Shown here piece by piece: positions 16,458 through 23,520 of a stretch of 32,000 nucleotides of DNA. The first letter of the stretch is position 1; the number at the start of each line of letters is the position of its first letter. Position numbers and translations under genes: made by a program. Below the pieces are notes generated by a model. It made no database searches and had not been told where the DNA came from. It saw only the letters and a list, made by a program, of their open reading frames with translations. Origin of the DNA: Candidatus Nanosynbacter lyticus (GTDB lineage: Bacteria > Patescibacteriota > Saccharimonadia > Saccharimonadales > Saccharimonadaceae); contig NZ_CP007496.1 in the NCBI RefSeq assembly GCF_000803625.1, positions 450,001-482,000 on the forward strand, given 5' to 3'.

Positions 16458-19025
16458 CTAAGCTTGCACCGCACCGAGTTCGGCCGCCGCAGCAACAATC
16501 TCCTCGATTATCGGCGTGATGTCTTTGTCGGTCAGCGTACGCTCTAGGCTGGTAAACTTTATATTGAAAGTAATAGTTTTCGTCGAATTATCGTCCTCTG
16601 GCTGGTAAATTGAAATTGGCGTAATGACAATATGCAGCTCTTGGTGGCTATCTATAACATTCTTAACACGGTCATGCACCGACGCATAATTGACCTGAGC
16701 TGGCACTTTGAGCGAAATGTCACGGCTGGTCGATGGGTAACGACTGAGCGGTTGGTAATGACTACCTCGCTTGACATAAACGGCCTCTAATCCAGCTGTA
16801 TCCAGGCTCGCCGCCGCTACGTACGCTGGCAACTTGAAACTCTTGATGACAGACTGCTTCAGCTCACCAACCATACCGATAAACCGCCCGTCGGTTGTCT
16901 CGACTAGCGCACTGCGCGACTGGTCAAACGGTGCCGTGACTGGGAAATTACGTTCCTGTTCAATCGGCTTAAATACCAACTCGGTACCAAGATCATGCGC
17001 CAACTGTTCAACCAAGCGACGAATTTTGTAAAATGGCGCGCCCGTGCCTGGCTTTTTGGCGGCGTAAACGATGTCGGTGAACTGGCTGGCTTCTGGCAGG
17101 CCATCTTCATCCAAGCCATGCATTTTGATATGCCCCTTGCCCATTTCAAACAAGGCAAATTCATCATGGCCAGCCTTGATGTTGGCGTGAACTTTGTCGA
17201 GCAAACTTGGTAACACCGTCAAGCGGTAATATTGCAAATCAGGGCTGAGGGCGTTTGATAATTTATACGCCTGAGCAACGTCCTGCTCGGCGTTTTTCAG
17301 GATGCGTTCGTGAATGAAACTGTAGGTCAAGACTTCATTGACACCAGCACGTGACAGACTTTGGCGAACGGCGTTTTTTAGTTCGCGACGCAGGTTTTTC
17401 GGTGTTGATTTGATGCTGCGACGCGGCAATTGACGCGGTAGTTTATCAAAGCCATACAGACGGCCGACTTCTTCGACAATATCCTCTGGTAGCTCAAGAT
17501 CGGTACGCCAGAATGGCGCGATTACTTCAAATTGATAAGGTGTATTTGGCTCGGGTTCCTCATGTGCCTTAATTTCAACATTCTTCAGAATACGGCAGAT
17601 TTCCTGCGGCGAAAATTCTGTGCCCAAACGTTCATTCACAAAGGTACTTTCCAACACTAAAACGCCAGTCACTGCGCCCCAATCGAAAATCGAAATGGTT
17701 TCCTTGCCGGCAGAGCCAAATGTAACTCGCGAATCGTGCTGCACGACCATCAGGCGATCGTTGCGCTTGTCAAACACTTCACTCGCCTGCACGCCGCCAA
17801 CCATACTCATCAGCTGCTTCAACACGGCAGCATTTTGCAGCGGCGACTGACCCTTATTAAATCGCGTGAGTGCGTCGGTAAAAATACCGTGTCGCATAGC
17901 CGTGCGGCGCAGCGCATACATGTCAAAATTAGCACATTCGAGGACGATGTTTTTGGTCTCACCCGAAACCTCGGTGTCGGTACCGCCCATAATTCCCGCC
18001 AGGCCGATCACGCCCTCGCCATCAGCTATGACGATGTCGTCACTCGTCAACTCATATTCTTTGCCATTGAGCAAACTGACTTTCTCGCCATCACGAGCCA
18101 TCCGCGCCCCGAGTGTAGACCCGCGCAATTTGTTATAATCATAGGCGTGCGTCGGTTGCGCCGTCATCAGCATGATGTAATTTGTGGCGTCAACGATGTT
18201 GTTGATCGGCTTGCCGCCCATTACCACCAGCTGGCATTGCAGCCACAGCGGACTGGGCTTGACCTCGATATCTTTAATCGCTACCGCCATGAAGCGCGGC
18301 ACTAATTCTGGCACGTCGTTCGTTACTGTTAGCTCCAAACCCTCAGCACCAGTAAATTGTTGCTCTGATTTATACCACTCAGGACTGACAAACTGCTGAT
18401 GAAAAATCCCAGCAATCTCGCGTGCCACGCCGAGCTGCCCGAAACAATCCGGACGGTGCGTAAACATTTTATTTTCAATGTCCAGTACGTAATCGTCCAG
18501 CCCAAACGTTTCCGCGAAACCAGCACCCGCCGTTAGCTCAACGCCCGCCGGCACGTCGCGTTCATGAATCTCAATAATTCCCTCGTGATCCGTACCAATC
18601 GCCAACTCATCAGCCGCCGCCAACATGCCCTGGCTGAGCACACCACGCAGCGGCCGCGCATCCAGTACAAACGGCTCGTCGTTATCAAAACTCGCCGGCA
18701 CCGTGCTTTTTGGCGGTAGCCAAATCGCCCACATATCCGCATGCACATTCGGCGCGCCGCAGACCACCTGCACTAGACCATTGTCATCACGCGGCACATC
18801 GGCGACCGCACCGCCATCATCGATCTTGGTCACACTCAGCCGATCAGCGTCAGGATGCTTGACACATTCAACCACCCGAACGATTCGTGCACCACCATAT
18901 TTGGCTTTCAGGTCGATCACTTCTTCGACGCCACCAAGCTGCTGATTGACCCGCGCCACCAACTCGTCCACTGGCGGCAATTCAAAATTAATCAATTGTT
19001 TGATAAGATTTAGGCTGACTTTCAT
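16458..19025 (-). CDS. pheT: Phenylalanine--tRNA ligase beta subunit
   Basis: The 855-aa ORF has an N-terminal tRNA-binding domain (HPDADRLSVTKIDDG) and B3/4, B5 and C-terminal anticodon-binding-like regions. Confidence 0.95.
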   Translation of the reverse strand: MKVSLNLIKQLINFELPPVDELVARVNQQLGGVEEVIDLKAKYGGARIVRVVECVKHPDADRLSVTKIDDGGAVADVPRDDNGLVQVVCGAPNVHADMWAIWLPPKSTVPASFDNDEPFVLDARPLRGVLSQGMLAAADELAIGTDHEGIIEIHERDVPAGVELTAGAGFAETFGLDDYVLDIENKMFTHRPDCFGQLGVAREIAGIFHQQFVSPEWYKSEQQFTGAEGLELTVTNDVPELVPRFMAVAIKDIEVKPSPLWLQCQLVVMGGKPINNIVDATNYIMLMTAQPTHAYDYNKLRGSTLGARMARDGEKVSLLNGKEYELTSDDIVIADGEGVIGLAGIMGGTDTEVSGETKNIVLECANFDMYALRRTAMRHGIFTDALTRFNKGQSPLQNAAVLKQLMSMVGGVQASEVFDKRNDRLMVVQHDSRVTFGSAGKETISIFDWGAVTGVLVLESTFVNERLGTEFSPQEICRILKNVEIKAHEEPEPNTPYQFEVIAPFWRTDLELPEDIVEEVGRLYGFDKLPRQLPRRSIKSTPKNLRRELKNAVRQSLSRAGVNEVLTYSFIHERILKNAEQDVAQAYKLSNALSPDLQYYRLTVLPSLLDKVHANIKAGHDEFALFEMGKGHIKMHGLDEDGLPEASQFTDIVYAAKKPGTGAPFYKIRRLVEQLAHDLGTELVFKPIEQERNFPVTAPFDQSRSALVETTDGRFIGMVGELKQSVIKSFKLPAYVAAASLDTAGLEAVYVKRGSHYQPLSRYPSTSRDISLKVPAQVNYASVHDRVKNVIDSHQELHIVITPISIYQPEDDNSTKTITFNIKFTSLERTLTDKDITPIIEEIVAAAAELGAVQA

Positions 19026-19044
19026 ACTAGTTACTAGTATACCA
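19024..19044 (-). promoter_or_regulatory. Putative pheT promoter (extended -10) overlapped by a perfect 17-bp palindrome
   Basis: The minus strand reads TGGTATACT-10nt-ATG with no SD. ATACTAGTtACTAGTAT (19024-19040) is a perfect 8-1-8 inverted repeat spanning the -10 to the ATG. Confidence 0.45.
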
Positions 19045-19163
19045 TCTTATCTATAACTATTCGACTTTTGTAAAGCCAAGCCGCAGGTCGGTAATTATTG
19101 GAAATATTCTTTTGCTTTATATTTGGCAATGATATCCTGCTGTTCGGGCGTAAATCGCCGTGA

Positions 19164-19817
19164 TTAGCGCATTTTTTGATAAGCTTTTTTACGCGTCCAA
19201 GTGTCAATATGTCCGTTTTCTAGTTCAGCCAGCGTCAGCTCAAAAAACTGCACCGCCGCCGTAGCGTACAGCCAAGCCAACGCCATTTTGACATAGTAGC
19301 CGTCGTGGGTGATATTTCGCAGTGCGGCAAAAACTTGATCAACATGCAATTCATCCAAAAAATTAGTCATCAAAGAAACCACACCGTAGCGTACCGTCAA
19401 TTCAGCTTCGCTTTGCAAATATTTCAGCGCAAAATCCCACCACGACTCACCAGCAAACCGCCGCTTTTTATCGACAAACACATCAATGTGTGCCCATGAA
19501 TCAACGCGTGGTAAATATTGCTTGGTCAAATCAATCGCCGTCTGATCATCGAGCCGAGCGTGCGTAATCAGCAATCCACACAGCAGCACGTAGTCGAAAG
19601 ATTGGTTCTTCTCTGCTAGCAAATTGCGAATATCCGCTGCACTCATATCAGGCACCAGCTCCCTCGCCAGCCGCCGCAAATCCGGCACCCGCACACCAAC
19701 GACAGGCATATCGGTATTGACGATACGCTTATTAAAGGCGGCATACGTCTCGTTACCCTCAGCGAGCTCCGCCAACTTCATTACAATATCATCATGCATA
19801 TTGCCGCTAGCTTTCAT
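19164..19817 (-). CDS. DNA alkylation repair protein (AlkD-like HEAT-repeat family)
   Basis: The sequence FNKRIVNTDMPVVGVRVPDLRRLAREL is typical of the DNA_alkylation family. The start is uncertain: candidates are TTG 19823 and ATG 19817, 19799 and 19781. Confidence 0.75.
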   Translation of the reverse strand: MKASGNMHDDIVMKLAELAEGNETYAAFNKRIVNTDMPVVGVRVPDLRRLARELVPDMSAADIRNLLAEKNQSFDYVLLCGLLITHARLDDQTAIDLTKQYLPRVDSWAHIDVFVDKKRRFAGESWWDFALKYLQSEAELTVRYGVVSLMTNFLDELHVDQVFAALRNITHDGYYVKMALAWLYATAAVQFFELTLAELENGHIDTWTRKKAYQKMR

Positions 19818-20148
19818 GATCAAACTCGATCCCTAAAACTCCGTATCGTTCCTGGTCTGCTGCAGAATAGAACTCGTTAATCTGATTTTCCAGCCATTCA
19901 ACACTTTCACCGCCAAACTTAAGCAGGTCATTATGAGAAAACAGATCATGAAACGTCGCGTAACGCAGCAACCCAACCACCGTCGCAGTCATGGTTTGCT
20001 CGGGGTTCGTGCGGTTAATAAACATAATCTGATCGCCAAGCTGAATCTTCTGACGCTTCTCGTCATATAGCCGCGACTCGATAGTTTTCTGACCGGAAAC
20101 AATGGCAGCAAATGGCTCAGAGTGAAGCTTAAGTCTATGTGTAGTCAT
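19807..20148 (-). CDS. ASCH domain-containing protein
   Basis: The 113-aa ORF reads LKLHSEPFAAIVSGQKTIESRLYDEKRQKIQLGDQIMF, typical of the ASCH/PUA-like fold. Confidence 0.75.
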   Translation of the reverse strand: MTTHRLKLHSEPFAAIVSGQKTIESRLYDEKRQKIQLGDQIMFINRTNPEQTMTATVVGLLRYATFHDLFSHNDLLKFGGESVEWLENQINEFYSAADQERYGVLGIEFDHES

Positions 20149-20154
20149 GCCGAT

Positions 20155-20163
20155 ATTATAGCA
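20155..20163 (-). promoter_or_regulatory. Putative extended -10 promoter of the ASCH/AlkD-like pair, leaderless arrangement
   Basis: The minus strand reads TGcTATAAT-ATCGGC-ATG. It lies in the 18-nt gap after the ABC ATPase stop, and there is no SD. Confidence 0.45.
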
Positions 20164-20166
20164 GCA

Positions 20167-20796
20167 TCACACCTTCAGCTTCTTATCCTTCAATGTCAGC
20201 ACCACGTCCGCTTGCTTAGCCAGCTGTTTACTGTGAGTGACGACGATGACGCACTTGTCGTTTTCGTGGGCGGCCTGACGCAGGATGTCGATGATGTCGG
20301 CAGCGGTGGTTTCGTCCAGGTTGCCAGTCGGCTCGTCTGCCAAGATAATCGGTGCGGAGGATACCAGCGCTCGACCGATCGCCACACGCTGTTGCTGGCC
20401 GCCGGAAAGTTTCATGACGTTGCGGTGAATGTGATCGTCGTCCAAGCCCATGGAGTGCAACGTTTCGTTGGTGGCCTTGGAATTAACCAATTTCAAGTTT
20501 TCCAGCGGCGTCAGATAATCGATCAGATTATAATTCTGAAACACCAGCGAGATATTGTGCTTGCGATGATGCGAATAACCCTGCTCGGCGATGTCTTCAT
20601 CGTCGAACAAAATCTGCCCGCCGGTCGGTGTGTCCAGCCCCGCCAGCAGCCCCAGCAGTGTCGATTTACCAGCACCAGAACTACCGACGATGGCGTAGAA
20701 TTTGCCTTTTTCAAATTGATAATTGATGCCGTTGAGCACATTGCTCGTACCGTCGGCGTATGAATAAATAATATCGCGTAACGTAAGTAATGACAT
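20167..20796 (-). CDS. ABC transporter ATP-binding protein (MacB/LolD-like)
   Basis: Walker [12 protein letters not shown], signature [15 protein letters not shown] and Walker [12 protein letters not shown] are present. Confidence 0.95.
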   Translation of the reverse strand: MSLLTLRDIIYSYADGTSNVLNGINYQFEKGKFYAIVGSSGAGKSTLLGLLAGLDTPTGGQILFDDEDIAEQGYSHHRKHNISLVFQNYNLIDYLTPLENLKLVNSKATNETLHSMGLDDDHIHRNVMKLSGGQQQRVAIGRALVSSAPIILADEPTGNLDETTAADIIDILRQAAHENDKCVIVVTHSKQLAKQADVVLTLKDKKLKV

Positions 20797-20804
20797 GATA
20801 ACTC

Positions 20805-22046
20805 CTAACTTAATTTTGCTAAAATTTGCTTTGGTGATTGGCGCATGATTGGCGCGGTAGCAGCGATGGCTGACAACAGAACGACCACGTAGCCGAAGGC
20901 GAAAGCTTGCAAGTAGGTCGCTATTGGCGCGGCTTGCACCACGGTTTTTTCTATGCGCTGGCTTTGGTCGGTTTGCGCTGTGAGGGCGGTAGAAATCTGT
21001 GACGAGGCGACCGAACCGACACCGAGCGCGAACACCGAACTAACTGCGGCGATGATAGCGAGTTCCGCCAAGAACTGCCCGATGATCTGCCGCTTCGATG
21101 TGCCGATAGACAGCAAGATGCCAATTTCATGCAAGCGGCCGCGCACCCAGAACACCAGCACCAGCGACAGCACCGCCAACCCTGCCGCGGCTGCGCCGAT
21201 GGTGGCAATCGTCAAGATGTTTTGAATGCCAGCGATGTTTTGGAGAACCCCAGCGAATGCCGCCCCATTGTCAGTCAGACTGAATTTTTTCCAATCGATG
21301 TTTGGTAGGCTTTTGGTACGGTCCGTTAACGACTTCAACTGATGCGGATGTTCGGCAAAATATGTTGCTCGTGTCAGTTGCTTGCTCCCCGTTAGCAGCT
21401 GCGCTGCAGCCAAGTTGGTGATGAGATGATTCTCCGCCATGTCGGACTGCAAGACCGCTGGCTTTTCGCCTTTGCCGCTGAAGATGCCCATGACAGTCAC
21501 CGTCACCCGCCGGCCGTCTTTGGTAATGTCCAGCTTGTCGCCTGGCTTGATGTCATTTTTCTCAGCAAACGTTTTGTGAACCAGCGCCGCGTTTTGATCG
21601 TTCGCCCCCAGATGCTTACCCTGCTCTAGTTGGTAAAATCGACCGGTGAATTCGCCGAGCAAATTGCTCTGTGTCGCTCCCGTAACTTTTGCTTCGCCAG
21701 CCACATTAGCGTCCAGCTGCACGCCGCTGCCTGCCGTGTCGATCAATTGTTTGCCTGGCAGTCCCGCGGTAGTTTCTGATTGGAAATTATGCGCTTTGAC
21801 CTTGTCCAGGAGCTGCACCCGCTGCGCGATGTCCATCGGCACCTCGCCCGATGGCTGCTTGCTGGCGATACTAAAGCCGGCGCGGATGTTTCGCTCGACT
21901 GATTGCTTCAGCTGCGCCATCGTTTGTTGCACTGTCAGCGTACCGATCAGCAGCGTGAAAATCAGCGTCATGATCAGGGCGATGGTCAGGCTGCGACGCC
22001 GTTTGCGCGTCACAGCCGTCCAGGCTCGTTTGATAATCGTCATCAT
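20805..22046 (-). CDS. ABC transporter permease, FtsX/MacB-type
   Basis: The 413-aa ORF has an N-terminal TM helix, a large extracytoplasmic domain and three C-terminal TM helices. Confidence 0.88.
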   Translation of the reverse strand: MMTIIKRAWTAVTRKRRRSLTIALIMTLIFTLLIGTLTVQQTMAQLKQSVERNIRAGFSIASKQPSGEVPMDIAQRVQLLDKVKAHNFQSETTAGLPGKQLIDTAGSGVQLDANVAGEAKVTGATQSNLLGEFTGRFYQLEQGKHLGANDQNAALVHKTFAEKNDIKPGDKLDITKDGRRVTVTVMGIFSGKGEKPAVLQSDMAENHLITNLAAAQLLTGSKQLTRATYFAEHPHQLKSLTDRTKSLPNIDWKKFSLTDNGAAFAGVLQNIAGIQNILTIATIGAAAAGLAVLSLVLVFWVRGRLHEIGILLSIGTSKRQIIGQFLAELAIIAAVSSVFALGVGSVASSQISTALTAQTDQSQRIEKTVVQAAPIATYLQAFAFGYVVVLLSAIAATAPIMRQSPKQILAKLS

Positions 22047-22052
22047 TCGCCC

Positions 22053-23435
22053 CTAGTCCACTTCAGTTAGTAATTCTTTTGGCGTTGACTGGGTAATCGG
22101 TCGAGAGGCCAGGAGCACCGCGATGATAATCACCGCTAGCCCAGCACTCCACACCGCCAACAGATCCGTCGGTTGTACGCCAACCGTCACCTTATCCAGC
22201 GTGCGCGATGACGTCACCGAGTCAGCATCAGCACCGAGCGACGCACCGTTCAGCGAACTACTAGCCTGACGTGTGGCATTCTGCGCCGCCTGCGACACCA
22301 CGTGATCGCCCATTTGTTGCGCAATCAGCCCTGCGGTAAAGTACGATGCACCGAAGCTCAACACCGCGATCATCACCAGCTCAGCGATGTATTGCAACAC
22401 AATCTTTGACTGCGGCACGCCCGTCGCCAAGAGCACGCCCGCTTCGCGCTTGCGCTCGTTCATCCACAAGTACAGCACCATGCCGATCACCGCGACGCTG
22501 ACCAGCGCCGTTGCCCACAACATACCGTCGATCAAGCCGTACACGCCGTTCACTGCACCAGTCACGCCAGCCAGCTCCTGGCTATTCTTATTCAATTGAT
22601 ACTTTTGCCAATTGACCGACAGTTTATTTGCCCGCGCCATCACCTCATCTAACTGTTTGGTGCCCTTGGTAAAGAACGTAGCGTCCTGGTAAATCTCATT
22701 TTGTTCAGTGTACGCATTCAACTGGCGAGTCGTCGTGAGGTCAGTCAGGAACAAATTCTCGAACAGCTCCACCTGGTACGTCGCCTGCTTTGGGTTTTTA
22801 CCGTTAAATATACCGACGATTTCTACCTCGACCTCGTCCTTGGATGGATGTTCATTGTCGGTGTCGTATTGGTTGGCCTTCAGCTTAATTTTACTGCCCA
22901 GCTTCAGATTGTTGGCCTTGGCAAAGTCTTCGTGCACCAAAATCTTGTGCGAATCGTTCTCGGTGATGTGCCGACCAGCGATGAGCTTGAGCGACTCAGC
23001 ACGGAACTTTTTCTCGGACTCAGATTTATTGACACCGATGATGGTAGCGGCGTTGCCAAACTGCTTGTCTTTCTCGGCATCATAACCGCTGCCACCACTC
23101 GGTAGTGGCACCAGTTTGGTATTGATAAAATCGACCGTAGCGTTCTGGCGCTTGACATAGTCTGTCACGCCCTCCAGATTCTTCACCGCGTCGATATCCT
23201 TGTTCGACACCGTTCCCGAGCCGCGGGCCGTTCCCGGATTGGTGCGCGGATTATTGCCCAGTGTGAAGCCGGCCTTGAGCGTTTTATCCAGCGACTGCGC
23301 CGCCGCGTCGGTCGAATGCTTGATGGCAAATCCACTCAGCATAATCGTCGACATACACAGCAAAATCGCCAGCAAAATCAGCGTTTTGAGTTTTTTCCTG
23401 GTGATATATAACCAGGCACGTTGTATAAATGACAT
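22053..23435 (-). CDS. ABC transporter permease, FtsX/MacB-type (paralogue of the downstream permease)
   Basis: The 460-aa ORF has the same topology as its neighbour and an AAGGAG SD. Confidence 0.88.
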   Translation of the reverse strand: MSFIQRAWLYITRKKLKTLILLAILLCMSTIMLSGFAIKHSTDAAAQSLDKTLKAGFTLGNNPRTNPGTARGSGTVSNKDIDAVKNLEGVTDYVKRQNATVDFINTKLVPLPSGGSGYDAEKDKQFGNAATIIGVNKSESEKKFRAESLKLIAGRHITENDSHKILVHEDFAKANNLKLGSKIKLKANQYDTDNEHPSKDEVEVEIVGIFNGKNPKQATYQVELFENLFLTDLTTTRQLNAYTEQNEIYQDATFFTKGTKQLDEVMARANKLSVNWQKYQLNKNSQELAGVTGAVNGVYGLIDGMLWATALVSVAVIGMVLYLWMNERKREAGVLLATGVPQSKIVLQYIAELVMIAVLSFGASYFTAGLIAQQMGDHVVSQAAQNATRQASSSLNGASLGADADSVTSSRTLDKVTVGVQPTDLLAVWSAGLAVIIIAVLLASRPITQSTPKELLTEVD

Positions 23436-23520
23436 AGATCTCCTTTCTTGGTTCTATGCCAGTGTAGCAGGGGTGTGTGAAGGGAATGTGAAATGGAGAT
23501 CTGTCTAACTCTGGGTAATT

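Noticed and set aside
20122-20763. Plus-strand 213-aa ORF
   Set aside because: It is antisense to the ABC ATPase gene, whose Walker A, signature and Walker B motifs are unambiguous. It is a shadow ORF typical of GC-rich third positions. The same applies to 17736-18305, 22701-23105, 28407-28739 and other plus-strand ORFs inside minus-strand genes.
23436-23502. Inverted repeat AGATCTCC (23436-23443) and GGAGATCT (23495-23502) that could sequester the permease SD
   Set aside because: The stem is only 8 bp with a 51-nt loop, and each arm contains a self-palindromic AGATCT. The predicted promoter lies inside the loop, so the upstream arm may not be transcribed with the SD.
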